Part shown: piece by piece, positions 28,953 to 39,459 of the stretch
How positions within the stretch are numbered: position 1 is the stretch's first letter
Layout of the letters: every line of letters begins with the position of its first letter
Sequence record: MH383160.1
Strand: one strand, 5' to 3'
Length of the DNA: 64,000 nucleotides
Program-made: the position numbers and the translations under genes
Notes under the pieces: model-generated
The model's input: only the letters and a program-made list of their open reading frames with translations
Told to the model about the DNA's origin: nothing
Databases searched by the model: none

Positions 28953-29500
28953 TTATCGTATCCATATAAAATATGATCTAGTGTACTTTGGACTTCTTCA
29001 TGAAAGAATGAAGGGTAAACTTGTATTAATTTATCTTTAAGTTCAAGGGAATGGCATAGTTCTAATGTTTTGTAACAATCCTCGTACTGTGCCAGTACAT
29101 GCAATGTACTTAACTGAAAATGTTGTTCTTCGGAGTACAATAAATCATAAACCATATTATCGGATAAAAGATTAGATTTGATTGAAGGATCAAGTACTGT
29201 CTGATGGTGACCAACCCAAAAGATAGCTTTGGAGTTAATGTTATTACAACCCCATCCTTTCCCCATCTTTTGGTGAATAGCAAATACACAGGAATCATAC
29301 AAATTAATGTTCAGACGTTCTTCGTCTGCATGGATAGTTACACCATCAATAGATAGTGTATATTTGAAATCCATAGCCCCCTCACTTCGTGCACGGGAAC
29401 TAAAGACGAGATATCGATGAATTATGGTATTGATTTTATCTGCCCATCCTTCAACACATTTGGATGCACATAATGTAAAAAGATCATGATTGTAGTTCAT
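28949..29500 (-). CDS. family A (FQ-module) protein
   Basis: SEEQHFQLSTLH. Confidence 0.75.
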   Translation of the reverse strand: MNYNHDLFTLCASKCVEGWADKINTIIHRYLVFSSRARSEGAMDFKYTLSIDGVTIHADEERLNINLYDSCVFAIHQKMGKGWGCNNINSKAIFWVGHHQTVLDPSIKSNLLSDNMVYDLLYSEEQHFQLSTLHVLAQYEDCYKTLELCHSLELKDKLIQVYPSFFHEEVQSTLDHILYGYDK

Positions 29501-29518
29501 AAAATTCTCCTTGAGAAC

Positions 29519-29555
29519 AATGTATCATACAAAAAAACCAGAGTCAACCCCTGGT
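29519..29555 (-). promoter_or_regulatory. promoter whose -35 lies in a terminator loop
   Basis: ACCAGGGG-TTGA-CTCTGGT-T7 hairpin; TTGACT-17-TACATT with TG extension. Confidence 0.6.
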
Positions 29556-29561
29556 ACAAAT

Positions 29562-30143
29562 TTAATCCATCATAAGTGGGATGATTGCCCATATCTTTTT
29601 CATAATCATATCTTCAGTAAAAACAAATGTTTTAGGAGCAGTATATGATATTGACACACCAAATGGAAGTTTGATTGCATCATCAATTATATTATGAATA
29701 TCAAACCATGTTTTAACATAATCATATGGTGGAAGTTCATGAATTGTACTTAACTGAAAGTAATGTTCTTCACCAAAATCATTATATTCAATTTCACAAA
29801 TTTTAGTGAATTGTTGATTCCATTTAGATATAATACTATTTTTATTATTGTACATAGTAGTTCTATGCATAAAACCATTTTTGCTAGTATGATTTGATAT
29901 TATGTTTTCTTCAATGTCAGTATCTATTTTAAAATTCATATCAAAGTTGTAGTACGGACTCGAAGATTCTTTGAATTTTAAATGTAAATTGCGATTGTTA
30001 TTAATTTCAATTTCAATACAAAACACATCTGAATCAAAACGATTAAACTTGTAATCGTTATCTTCCGGTAGATTCTGTATTTTTTTCATAATACTAAGCA
30101 TAGGGTGTACTACACTTTTAATAAAATCATTTGTTATTTTCAT
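29562..30143 (-). CDS. family A (FQ-module) protein
   Basis: GEEHYFQLSTIH. Confidence 0.75.
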   Translation of the reverse strand: MKITNDFIKSVVHPMLSIMKKIQNLPEDNDYKFNRFDSDVFCIEIEINNNRNLHLKFKESSSPYYNFDMNFKIDTDIEENIISNHTSKNGFMHRTTMYNNKNSIISKWNQQFTKICEIEYNDFGEEHYFQLSTIHELPPYDYVKTWFDIHNIIDDAIKLPFGVSISYTAPKTFVFTEDMIMKKIWAIIPLMMD

Positions 30144-30636
30144 AGTATTCCTTTAGAACTTTATATGATTCAACAATACTATCTTGTGTATAATTTGAAC
30201 TATATACAACAGCACTTGTTTTAGTTGACCATAGATATGACATAAAGGTTATAACACTACTACATGGACTTAATGTATTGTTTTGAAATTCAATTTCTTC
30301 AATGTTATCAGTACTGGTATAGATGAATTGGAAAGTATCTCGTTTCTGATTCGATACCGAAACTAAAGTGCAATCAGTATAAGGGTTGTATATAAATGTC
30401 TCATTACTAATTGAACTATCATTAGTATATGAAGGTTTGGGAATATAAATCAAACGCATGATATCACGTTCAAGACCTGACTTATTACTTTCCACCAAAG
30501 AAATCATATCTATAATTGTCATATGTTCAACACTGACATGGAACTTTTTGTTTAGAATTACATCTTTTGGAGAATTTTTATATGAAGACAAAATCTCATA
30601 CATCTCAACCAATTCGCGTGCATTTAATAAACTCAT
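30127..30636 (-). CDS. family A (FQ-module) protein
   Basis: IEEIEFQNNTLS. Confidence 0.7.
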   Translation of the reverse strand: MSLLNARELVEMYEILSSYKNSPKDVILNKKFHVSVEHMTIIDMISLVESNKSGLERDIMRLIYIPKPSYTNDSSISNETFIYNPYTDCTLVSVSNQKRDTFQFIYTSTDNIEEIEFQNNTLSPCSSVITFMSYLWSTKTSAVVYSSNYTQDSIVESYKVLKEYYENNK

Positions 30637-31061
30637 ATTTTGTCTCTTAATGAAAGAATATCCTTAGTATAAACTGAAACAGAAATATGATTATATTTCA
30701 TCATTAATTTATACACATAAGAAGCTAGTACTAAATCGTAAATTAATTTAGTATTATATAGTACTTGGTATTGTAACGCAAGTGAATCAATATCATCTTT
30801 ACTTTCAATATCCAGAAATGTACCAAAAATTGTAGTACCGTAGAGATGAAAAGTGGAATTAATGCAATCAATGCATTCATTGTCCAACAGAGTAGATGAT
30901 GATGCCCTCGGTGAATCCCAAATAGTCACTGCGTGTATGCCCTCAACGAACAAATCTATCCATATTTTGTGTCGTTGTCTTTTTTTTGTTTTATAATTTT
31001 CTGGATTTGAAAGTGTAGTTTCAATTATATCCCATATGTACAAACAATCATCTCTTGTCAT
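30633..31061 (-). CDS. family A (FQ-module) protein
   Basis: IDSLALQYQVLY. Confidence 0.65.
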   Translation of the reverse strand: MTRDDCLYIWDIIETTLSNPENYKTKKRQRHKIWIDLFVEGIHAVTIWDSPRASSSTLLDNECIDCINSTFHLYGTTIFGTFLDIESKDDIDSLALQYQVLYNTKLIYDLVLASYVYKLMMKYNHISVSVYTKDILSLRDKI

Positions 31062-31639
31062 TATAGCACCTTATCCATTGCTGCATTTAATGCTTTTAAA
31101 CGATCTACATTCAAATTATTGAAGATGTATGTTCCTAACATGTGGAAATCGAACTGGTACTTTTTGTATTCATGATAAATTAAACTACAAAAAATAACAG
31201 TACTAAGAACCTCTTCAGGTATAACAGTGCTCATCTGGAACAGTTCTTCTTCAACTGTACTTGATTCTGGATTGATAGATTTTAACACATACTCTTCATC
31301 ACCGAATAGTACTTTAATATTATATAAAACACCAATAGTACTAATATGGAATGGGTGGTGTGAAAAACTTCCATCATCCTTAATTTGTATATCGGTTCTA
31401 ATCTCACACTCTTGATTACTTTTATTTTTATTTTTTACAATACAAATATTTCTAGCCCCAGAAATAGTAAGAATACCGTGATCGTAATATTCATTGGACC
31501 AACATTTAGATGAAATTGCTACATCACGGATGAGGTATTGTTTTTCAATTTCTTTCGCACTACTAACAATTGATAACATTTTTGTACTGATATCATATAA
31601 TAACTGATGGCGTTCTGTCATATAACTATAAGCGTTCAT
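31061..31639 (-). CDS. family A (FQ-module) protein
   Basis: VEEELFQMSTVI. Confidence 0.75.
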   Translation of the reverse strand: MNAYSYMTERHQLLYDISTKMLSIVSSAKEIEKQYLIRDVAISSKCWSNEYYDHGILTISGARNICIVKNKNKSNQECEIRTDIQIKDDGSFSHHPFHISTIGVLYNIKVLFGDEEYVLKSINPESSTVEEELFQMSTVIPEEVLSTVIFCSLIYHEYKKYQFDFHMLGTYIFNNLNVDRLKALNAAMDKVL

Positions 31640-32210
31640 ATTTTTCCTTAACCGATTCTATATTTTGAAGTAGTGTATTCAGAACATCAGTCTTGTAATT
31701 GATAAAATCATTGTACATAACTAGTTCACCACAATCAAGAACTTTTGCAGTATCGTAACAAAGCATTAAGTACTCGAATTCTTTGTAATTGTCCAACAAT
31801 GATTTCTGGAAAATGAATGCATCTCGAATATCTTCACTTTGGTCTAATTCTGGTGGAACATCCAACCCAATAAAACCATCATCTTCACTGAAATCAGATT
31901 CTACAATTTTATTCATTTTTTCATGTAATGCATTCGCAAATACCATATTAGAAGAAATAGAACCAATACGTTCACGATTTCTGGATGTGCGAATGTACAT
32001 AGTAATCGTATCCCATGAACTTTTAATTTTTTTAGAAAATTCATAAGTTTTATATACATCCAACTGAACTGATCCAAAACGATGTTTGGATTTGTTTTCA
32101 ATTTTCAGTCGATAATCATCAAATTCAACAATTTCTGTAATGTCATGAATCTCTGAAAGTTCTGCAATGTCATGCATGAGTCTCAAAATTTTAGTTCTGA
32201 TATGGTTCAT
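31626..32210 (-). CDS. family A (FQ-module) protein
   Basis: RDAFIFQKSLLD. Confidence 0.75.
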   Translation of the reverse strand: MNHIRTKILRLMHDIAELSEIHDITEIVEFDDYRLKIENKSKHRFGSVQLDVYKTYEFSKKIKSSWDTITMYIRTSRNRERIGSISSNMVFANALHEKMNKIVESDFSEDDGFIGLDVPPELDQSEDIRDAFIFQKSLLDNYKEFEYLMLCYDTAKVLDCGELVMYNDFINYKTDVLNTLLQNIESVKEKYERL

Positions 32211-32773
32211 TGTGCATCCTCGAATTTAACAGGTACATGTTCATTAATGAAATTCTTAAGAGCCTGTACTAAATCCTCTAATTCTTTTGTACTGTATTTT
32301 AAAATAGTTTTAAAGTGAATCAAATCTTTTCTTTCCATGATCTTTGGAATTTTATATGCTAACTCTAAACAGCGTACAGTACTGGCATCATACAAAAGGT
32401 TTGCGTTGAACATTAGCACATTGTATTCATCAGATGAAATTTTATAATTATATGTATCAATCACTTCATGTGTGTATAAATTCTTATACACAATTTTATT
32501 CTCACTGAAGTTTGAGCAAACACACAGATAATCGTTGTAAAATGAAGAACGATAATCTTGTTTACGTTGTACATCTGCTATGATTTGTAATACTGTATAT
32601 TTTTCTTCAGAATCCAACTCAATGTTAGCATAACTGCTCGCAGTTTCAGATACAAGGATATTGATGTTATATTTCTCATTAACTTTAATGTACTGGCGTG
32701 AACCAGTATCAGGAATGAACTTAAAACAATGCTTCAGAAGTAAGGTAACTTCTTTAATTAATTCAGTACTCAT
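32207..32773 (-). CDS. hypothetical protein, degenerate family A
   Basis: DEYNVLMFNANLLYD. Confidence 0.7.
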   Translation of the reverse strand: MSTELIKEVTLLLKHCFKFIPDTGSRQYIKVNEKYNINILVSETASSYANIELDSEEKYTVLQIIADVQRKQDYRSSFYNDYLCVCSNFSENKIVYKNLYTHEVIDTYNYKISSDEYNVLMFNANLLYDASTVRCLELAYKIPKIMERKDLIHFKTILKYSTKELEDLVQALKNFINEHVPVKFEDAQ

Positions 32774-32800
32774 ATCTTCTCCTGTCCTCTATTAAAAGCG

Positions 32801-32829
32801 ATTATAACACATCTAAATGCTACTGTAAA
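32801..32829 (-). promoter_or_regulatory. sigma70-type promoter
   Basis: TTTACA-17-TATAAT. Confidence 0.7.
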
Positions 32830-32840
32830 GACATAAACAC

Positions 32841-32862
32841 AAAAAGACCCATAAGGGTCTTT
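32841..32862 (-). terminator. intrinsic terminator
   Basis: AAAGACCC-TTAT-GGGTCTTT plus T-tract. Confidence 0.8.
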
Positions 32863-33427
32863 ATTTTGGTAAAACACTGTCAATGTACGCTAGAGCTTCA
32901 TCTCCGAGGTACGTTCCATCTATTGTTATGTAATAGTTCATGGGAATATCACACCCAACCTTCTCATAAATTTTCATACATGATATCACATCTTCATCAC
33001 AAATGGTACTCAATTGAAAAAGTACTTCATCAGTTAAAGGTACGATATCATGTTTAGATATAGGATTGGTATTTTCATTTAAAACAATATCAAACAAGTT
33101 GGGAGTATTCTTTGACGAAATGTAACGATGCTTACTACGAATTACCATTCTCGATAGTGAAATACTGGAACTCCATCTTGGATCAACATCTTCATATGAT
33201 AACGATATTAACATCTCGTGAAAATCTTGGAATTTCATTGATGCATAATATGTTTTTTCCTCACCGTACATTCCAAATGATTTGAATTCAATGTCACCTA
33301 TATTGTGTGTATCACTGGCACTATTCACGAAATTTAACAGACTATTGATTAGTCTGATTAGAATATCATCTTTATCCATTCTTAAATAACTCCAAGTGCA
33401 TGTCGTATAAATCTCTGAAGTCTTCAT
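32861..33427 (-). CDS. family A (FQ-module) protein
   Basis: TDEVLFQLSTICD. Confidence 0.75.
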   Translation of the reverse strand: MKTSEIYTTCTWSYLRMDKDDILIRLINSLLNFVNSASDTHNIGDIEFKSFGMYGEEKTYYASMKFQDFHEMLISLSYEDVDPRWSSSISLSRMVIRSKHRYISSKNTPNLFDIVLNENTNPISKHDIVPLTDEVLFQLSTICDEDVISCMKIYEKVGCDIPMNYYITIDGTYLGDEALAYIDSVLPK

Positions 33428-33935
33428 AGAAATCTTTTTCTTCCAGAATATCCTTTAAACTAGGAAACTCTTCCATAATTTCTTCTATATCCGATTCTAT
33501 GAAAAACCCTGATGGATTATCGTAGTTTTGTAACAGATAACTGAAAGTAATAATGTAAAGAAGTTCATTAGGATCGTGAATTAAACTTAGCTGGAACATA
33601 GCTGATTCTAAATCGGATTCAGTACTAAGATCAACCCAACGTGAATTTCTATAATCAATTCGTACTTGACTTGTATTTGGATTCCATGTGAAGCAATGTG
33701 TACCAATATGACCTATACAACCAACCCTTGTACTGTCTCCGGTATCAACACTGATATCAACAAATAGTTCAACACTGATATCGGATGATGTTACACGACC
33801 TTTTTTCAGAAATAAATCATTATCCTTACGAAATTGTTTGGATGAAAGAGTGTCAATGATGCACATCAATGTTTTTGCAAATGCAACACAATGACGAAAT
33901 TCAAGCCTATGAAATTGGTAATCATTGATATTCAT
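33372..33935 (-). CDS. family A (FQ-module) protein
   Basis: LESAMFQLSLIHD. Confidence 0.75.
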   Translation of the reverse strand: MNINDYQFHRLEFRHCVAFAKTLMCIIDTLSSKQFRKDNDLFLKKGRVTSSDISVELFVDISVDTGDSTRVGCIGHIGTHCFTWNPNTSQVRIDYRNSRWVDLSTESDLESAMFQLSLIHDPNELLYIITFSYLLQNYDNPSGFFIESDIEEIMEEFPSLKDILEEKDFYEDFRDLYDMHLELFKNG

Positions 33936-34474
33936 AATTCAACCCCCAATATTTTATCAGCAATTGATATAACCTTATCATTGAATACATTACCAATCTC
34001 AATCCTTATATACATAGCAGGTGGAATCTTTCCTTGTAGTGAATAATATGTTTGTATACCTAAGTACTCATTATCTGATAATGAAAATTTGATTCTCTCC
34101 ATATCAATGTCTGTTACTGGTAAATCAATCATTTCATAATGGTAGTCAACGTTTTCAGTGTATATTTTATCGAAGTAATTTGAATAATCACTACTAATAT
34201 AGATGCTATCATCACGAATAATCACTTTATAATCAGAAGGTTCAAATTTATCTTTAGAAGAAAAGAATGCATCATCTATCTTCTCTTCTCTTATACCGAA
34301 TAACATTTTACCATCATATTTTACATCAAGAATACTACCTAGTATATTAATGGTACAATGCTCATCAATATTATGACGTAAAGAACGAGTCTTGTATTTT
34401 GGGTTAATGAAAATTTTCATTAATTTTATACAAATGTCAGTAATGCATTTTACATTCTCATTTTCTATGTACAT
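33932..34474 (-). CDS. hypothetical protein, possible degenerate family A
   Basis: 180 aa ORF within array, motif unclear. Confidence 0.7.
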   Translation of the reverse strand: MYIENENVKCITDICIKLMKIFINPKYKTRSLRHNIDEHCTINILGSILDVKYDGKMLFGIREEKIDDAFFSSKDKFEPSDYKVIIRDDSIYISSDYSNYFDKIYTENVDYHYEMIDLPVTDIDMERIKFSLSDNEYLGIQTYYSLQGKIPPAMYIRIEIGNVFNDKVISIADKILGVEL

Positions 34475-34952
34475 TAAAAGCCCTCTTTAATTCTTTTACA
34501 TTTTTAATGAATACTTTCATTGCAGAAATCTCAAAAGATAATGTATTAAATTTGCAGTACTTTTTAAAGTACGACATTATGAATAACATTTTGAGTTCTT
34601 TTTCTGTGTAAATTAAACTATTTTGAAAGTAACTTTCTTCTGATAAATCATCAAGAAACGGATATAAAACTCCATTTGTTCTCAAGAACATGATACCTTC
34701 ACTCCATGATCTAAATGAAAGGTAATCAGTCTTACCACATTCATATAAGGAGTTTATCATTCCATCAATCATTAAGGAGAACTCAATACTGTATCCTAAT
34801 CTTTCACACTTGTATCTCTTATCTTCTTTCTTTGTAATTACGAAGTGATGACCCAGTGAGTCTTTGTTATCGAAAATGAAATCAACTGTCTCTAAACACT
34901 CCTTAGCGAACTTCATAGTTTCTCTGTACTTTCGGTTCATTAGTCTCTCCAA
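34458..34952 (-). CDS. family A (FQ-module) protein
   Basis: SEESYFQNSLIY. Confidence 0.75.
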   Translation of the reverse strand: MERLMNRKYRETMKFAKECLETVDFIFDNKDSLGHHFVITKKEDKRYKCERLGYSIEFSLMIDGMINSLYECGKTDYLSFRSWSEGIMFLRTNGVLYPFLDDLSEESYFQNSLIYTEKELKMLFIMSYFKKYCKFNTLSFEISAMKVFIKNVKELKRAFNVHRK

Positions 34953-35353
34953 ACTTTACCAGGGAAGTGTTTCTCGTAGTACTCATCATCACTTAACATA
35001 TAATCAGGAGTTTCTACTTCTATGGTTTTGAAGATTGTTTCTGGAATGTGTGTGACTTTATTGGGTTGTACTTTATGTTCGCGTAAAACCTTCTGTATCG
35101 CTCCTAGACGTTGTAAATCGATACATGTAGGAAAGACTAAGCTGTACTGAAATAGCTCGTCGGGGGTCATTATAGACACATCCTTAGCTTGTTTGATTTT
35201 ATTGTTGGCATCAATGAATATATCAAATCCTTGTACAGCATTATAGCTTACATAGGTTGTTTTATTTTTGTCAATAGGAGCACTTAAACGATATCCATAT
35301 ACCCCGTGTTGGTCAACAATGCATCGTTGCATAATTTTAATCATTTCGAACAT
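34940..35353 (-). CDS. family A (FQ-module) protein
   Basis: TPDELFQYSLVF. Confidence 0.75.
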   Translation of the reverse strand: MFEMIKIMQRCIVDQHGVYGYRLSAPIDKNKTTYVSYNAVQGFDIFIDANNKIKQAKDVSIMTPDELFQYSLVFPTCIDLQRLGAIQKVLREHKVQPNKVTHIPETIFKTIEVETPDYMLSDDEYYEKHFPGKVWRD

Positions 35354-35699
35354 AATTTACCTCGTATGTGTTATAATTCCACGCTTTAACACTATCCATT
35401 TGTATATCCTGAACTTCATGGAAATATTTAAGTACCTTCTGGTATTCCATTATTTCATATACATCTTCAGTATTGACAGTGCTCTCCTGAAACAATTCCT
35501 CTTCTGATAAAGTACTATAATCCGGGATTTTTATTTCAGAATATATCTCATTCATATATGAATCATTTTGGTAAATCTGTAGATAAAACTGATTATATTC
35601 AGGGATATAGGTTACGAAATGGTTCTTGTTGAATTCATATCTTGAAGCAAAGCATTCATTGCCATCCGTCATGTACTGAATTGTTTTCTTATTTTGCAT
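35337..35699 (-). CDS. family A short-type protein
   Basis: PDYSTLSEEELFQESTV. Confidence 0.75.
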   Translation of the reverse strand: MQNKKTIQYMTDGNECFASRYEFNKNHFVTYIPEYNQFYLQIYQNDSYMNEIYSEIKIPDYSTLSEEELFQESTVNTEDVYEIMEYQKVLKYFHEVQDIQMDSVKAWNYNTYEVNYVRND

Positions 35700-36159
35700 T
35701 CAAATAATCCACGCATTTATAGTAGACTGCTAAATCTAAAAAGAATCGTTGATTGTATTTGTAATGATTAAGTAGTGCACCATAAAATAACATAGCATTA
35801 AGTACTTTTACATCATGAATACAAGAACCCTGAAAGTACATTTCCTCTGACATGAAGACTAAATCATTATACGGAACAAATACTGCTTCTCTAAATGTAT
35901 CAATATTAATCTTCAAATCAGACCCAGGGCAATATGAAATGTATTCGGCTTTGTAATGAAAGTCATTATCATCAAAGTACTCCGCGTAGATTTGATTACC
36001 TCTACCATTAGTAAATGCTAGTCTTCCTTTAGATGAACTGAACTCATCGTATTGAAACATACCACCAAAAGGCTTAGGACTTCTGAACTCCTTTGCAATG
36101 CGATAGATATTTTCTGTAAATTCTAAAACACCATAGTAATCATATTCTGTAGTAATCAT
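35689..36159 (-). CDS. family A (FQ-module) protein
   Basis: SEEMYFQGSCIHD. Confidence 0.75.
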   Translation of the reverse strand: MITTEYDYYGVLEFTENIYRIAKEFRSPKPFGGMFQYDEFSSSKGRLAFTNGRGNQIYAEYFDDNDFHYKAEYISYCPGSDLKINIDTFREAVFVPYNDLVFMSEEMYFQGSCIHDVKVLNAMLFYGALLNHYKYNQRFFLDLAVYYKCVDYLNAK

Positions 36160-36632
36160 AAACCATTTTTCTCCAGGTACTCAATAATACAATCGACATT
36201 GTTCAGGTCCAAGTAGAAATGATCACTATCGGAATTTAGTTCATTTTTAAGGGCTGTTAAAATCACTGAACTGAAAACAATCCTCTCTGGATACACAGTA
36301 CTGTACTGGAAGAACTCTTCTTCAGTGTTAATTACAATCGTATTAAATGCTTCATTTATAAGAAGATGATTGTAGTATTTGAAATTATCTGAACTTGGAA
36401 AATGGTATGAAATAAAATCACCACTTGGTACTTCATCAAGTACTCTAATGCTACAAGTTGATTCATCTGAACTATAGAGTAACCCATCCATAAAGGAAAG
36501 GTATCCATTTCGTTTAATAACTTTATGTTCCCCCACGGAAAAATCTTCAGTAACATTCGCAAGGAATTTATAAACCCTGATAATGTCTTTTGCTATTTTT
36601 TGTGCATTGCTAAATGATAGGTCTTTGGACAT
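36156..36632 (-). CDS. family A (FQ-module) protein
   Basis: TEEEFFQYSTVY. Confidence 0.75.
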   Translation of the reverse strand: MSKDLSFSNAQKIAKDIIRVYKFLANVTEDFSVGEHKVIKRNGYLSFMDGLLYSSDESTCSIRVLDEVPSGDFISYHFPSSDNFKYYNHLLINEAFNTIVINTEEEFFQYSTVYPERIVFSSVILTALKNELNSDSDHFYLDLNNVDCIIEYLEKNGL

Positions 36633-36665
36633 TGTGATATAACCCTTTACAATTAATATAAAGAG

Positions 36666-36695
36666 ATTATATCACAAAGAATCGGAGGGTGTCAA
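36666..36695 (-). promoter_or_regulatory. sigma70-type promoter
   Basis: TTGACA-18-TATAAT with TG extension. Confidence 0.7.
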
Positions 36696-37276
36696 GATGG
36701 GTTGCGAAGTTCTACCATTTCTTTCCAAACTAATTGGTAATCTTCTAAGTCCAGATAGAAGTCTTCATTCCAGTGCTCATGAAAGTACTTATACATGAAT
36801 AGAACTCCTAAATCGTATGCAGGAAACAATAATGATAGTTGAAAGTAGTATTCCTGATTTAAAACTATATCAATGAACTCTAATGTACGTATGCCACCTT
36901 TCGATGAACGTATCTCAATGTGTGAGGTATCCTTTATACTGTAACACATGAAACCGCCTCTGAATTCTGGATCATATTCACATTCGAACTGCTCACTGTT
37001 GTTATAGAAATCTCTCCCACTTTCTTTATCTTTCGGTCTACGTACTGATACATGAATATTGTTATCACGGTACATTGAACGATTTAGTATTTTCAAACAT
37101 TTGAACTTATTTTCTTTAATGAACTTGATAATATCAATTATATCTTGTGCAGTACTGATAGCTGATTCGAATGTATCCAACTTAAGATGATTATATTGTG
37201 TTCCATTGTTCATTTTTTCATCTAACATATAAACCTCATAATTCATACATTTTTGATTTGAACTGCATATGACCAC
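36692..37276 (-). CDS. family A (FQ-module) protein
   Basis: NQEYYFQLSLLF. Confidence 0.75.
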   Translation of the reverse strand: MVICSSNQKCMNYEVYMLDEKMNNGTQYNHLKLDTFESAISTAQDIIDIIKFIKENKFKCLKILNRSMYRDNNIHVSVRRPKDKESGRDFYNNSEQFECEYDPEFRGGFMCYSIKDTSHIEIRSSKGGIRTLEFIDIVLNQEYYFQLSLLFPAYDLGVLFMYKYFHEHWNEDFYLDLEDYQLVWKEMVELRNPS

Positions 37277-37571
37277 CTATTTCACATGGATAACAATTCA
37301 TAATTTTGTTCAATAAAATCTGGTATTTTTTAATAACTTCTATATCAATTTTTATATTACTATTAAAAACTAATGATTCTTGAAATAATTCACCCTCGTC
37401 AAGTGAAGTAAAATCATTTATCTTCAACGGTATATTGTTGCATCGCAAGGAGAATGTATTTTCATCACGAATTAAAGTATAGAAATCATTATGTTTTTTA
37501 TTATAATCAAATTTCACAAGTAGTAGTTTAATATGAGTAGCGTACATTACTTTCACTAATTCAGTCTTCAT
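37236..37571 (-). CDS. family A short-type protein
   Basis: DFTSLDEGELFQESLVF. Confidence 0.75.
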   Translation of the reverse strand: MKTELVKVMYATHIKLLLVKFDYNKKHNDFYTLIRDENTFSLRCNNIPLKINDFTSLDEGELFQESLVFNSNIKIDIEVIKKYQILLNKIMNCYPCEIGGHMQFKSKMYEL

Positions 37572-37923
37572 AACGGAATAAAATTCTCCTGTACTGCTCC
37601 GGTCCAGTACTCAATCTCTTCACTGGATAATTATCAAAGATTCTTTTCATTTCTTTCTGGATTAAACATAAGAAATCAAAGTTACAATCGTACTTATTAT
37701 CCCATACTAAACTTTCTTGGAATAACTCATCCTCTTGCATTAGTGTAGTGTCAATTACATCTTCACGAACATAGCTATATACTTCATAGCTCTTGAAGCC
37801 ATCTTCTGATAATTCTAATTCATATGCCGCCATATCAAACATATCATCATGGTTTGTCTTCAATGATATTAAACAAGTAACTAATTTTTTAGTTGTATAG
37901 TATGTAATACTTAATGTGTTCAT
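37561..37923 (-). CDS. family A short-type protein
   Basis: QEDELFQESLVWD. Confidence 0.75.
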   Translation of the reverse strand: MNTLSITYYTTKKLVTCLISLKTNHDDMFDMAAYELELSEDGFKSYEVYSYVREDVIDTTLMQEDELFQESLVWDNKYDCNFDFLCLIQKEMKRIFDNYPVKRLSTGPEQYRRILFRYED

Positions 37924-37928
37924 TTGTT

Positions 37929-38531
37929 TTATACCTCAGTATAAAGCTTACAATAGCTTTCATCAAAATCACAAACACTTCTCAAGTACTGACACAGGTC
38001 AGTAAAAATATTTACATTTGCTATATATACATTATCAAATTCTACTCGTTGAAAGAATGTATGCATAGAATTTGTAATATATCTCATTGCAGATTCACGT
38101 TCCATCGTTAAATCATTTGTGAACATTGCATCTTCATCAGTACTGACTAATTCAATATCAAATGATTGCATATATGGAATACTCTTTCCTAGGGCATAAC
38201 TATCACCATATGATGCTTCTACTGCACCTTTAGAATACACCAATTGATATAAGTCCGAAATAGGGTTATAAAACGTGCGGCAAATTGAGGAACATAATTT
38301 ATTATTCATCCAATAGAAAACCCTATTTGAATTACCGTCAAATGCTATACGCAATCCATCACCATCTAGAGTAATAATCCCATCCAGCATAAAAGAGAAC
38401 TGAACTAATGCTTTTTCTAAGTCCATTCTTTTGTGATAAATGATTTCTTGCATATAGATAATATCATTTACTAATTTCTTAAAAAACAAATGCACATCTG
38501 CACTACAACATTTATTTGCATTTATTGGCAT
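37929..38531 (-). CDS. hypothetical protein, possible degenerate family A
   Basis: TDEDAMFTNDL. Confidence 0.7.
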   Translation of the reverse strand: MPINANKCCSADVHLFFKKLVNDIIYMQEIIYHKRMDLEKALVQFSFMLDGIITLDGDGLRIAFDGNSNRVFYWMNNKLCSSICRTFYNPISDLYQLVYSKGAVEASYGDSYALGKSIPYMQSFDIELVSTDEDAMFTNDLTMERESAMRYITNSMHTFFQRVEFDNVYIANVNIFTDLCQYLRSVCDFDESYCKLYTEV

Positions 38532-39082
38532 AATAGTTCCTTATACATATTATGTACTTTACAAATCTCATTATAGTATTTCATATCAATATCATTTGTA
38601 TTAAAAACGGAAACAGACAATACCGCTAAATCATCAATGAAGTAATTATTATCGGCGTACTCTTTTAACTTATTGAACATATAGATGCATTTTATACTTA
38701 ATTCATCATGCAACACACTGTTCTGAAAAATATTCTCTTCAGTATTAGGAGATAAGTAATCTTCAATTATATACGATAAACTACTATCGCAATCTTTATA
38801 GATTGAAATTGATGGATGTAATGTGTCATACATTACACTAAACAGATCACCGTCATATGTGGATATTAAACTATTATTGGAAACAGTAGGATGATAATAT
38901 TTCAGTACTGAAAACTTTGAACAATCAGTGCAGTAAAAATGATCCATCCCTCGACGACTTTCGTATGAGAATAGTTTACTTGTATATTCAATCCCTTTGG
39001 TGCGACGGATTGTTTCATGCATTTCTGCACATTGCATTAAAATTACCATACGTTCAAACGCAAGATCTAAATCATCGTACAT
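38522..39082 (-). CDS. family A (FQ-module) protein
   Basis: TEENIFQNSVLHD. Confidence 0.75.
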   Translation of the reverse strand: MYDDLDLAFERMVILMQCAEMHETIRRTKGIEYTSKLFSYESRRGMDHFYCTDCSKFSVLKYYHPTVSNNSLISTYDGDLFSVMYDTLHPSISIYKDCDSSLSYIIEDYLSPNTEENIFQNSVLHDELSIKCIYMFNKLKEYADNNYFIDDLAVLSVSVFNTNDIDMKYYNEICKVHNMYKELLCQ

Positions 39083-39263
39083 AACGGATATCCTTCTTCA
39101 ACGAATTAATATATTCCAAAATAACTTGTTCCTGATATTGAGTTCCCAAGTACATCAGGACTTTCAACTCTTTGAATTCAGTACTATATGAGTCTGTTTG
39201 CATCATTCTAGTAGAATATATATTGAATAGTTTAGCAATGTCATTTTGGTCTATTATTTTCAT
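39072..39263 (-). CDS. family B (LGTxxQE) protein
   Basis: LMYLGTQYQEQ. Confidence 0.75.
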   Translation of the reverse strand: MKIIDQNDIAKLFNIYSTRMMQTDSYSTEFKELKVLMYLGTQYQEQVILEYINSLKKDIRYVR

Positions 39264-39459
39264 ATATTCTCTTCTGGATTAGTTCCTGTAAGTGCTGAAT
39301 ATAACCCTTCATTGCAACATCCTGTTTGTTAGAGCCAACGAAGAACAAGAGCTTAAAGTCATGGTAATCCATTTTTGGTTTAGTAGTGAACCATATGTCC
39401 CACACTGCACTCACAGTTCTCATGTATTCAATTCGATTAAATGTTTTTGAATACTTCAT
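39241..39459 (-). CDS. family B protein, divergent
   Basis: LFFVGSNKQDV. Confidence 0.7.
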   Translation of the reverse strand: MKYSKTFNRIEYMRTVSAVWDIWFTTKPKMDYHDFKLLFFVGSNKQDVAMKGYIQHLQELIQKRIYENNRPK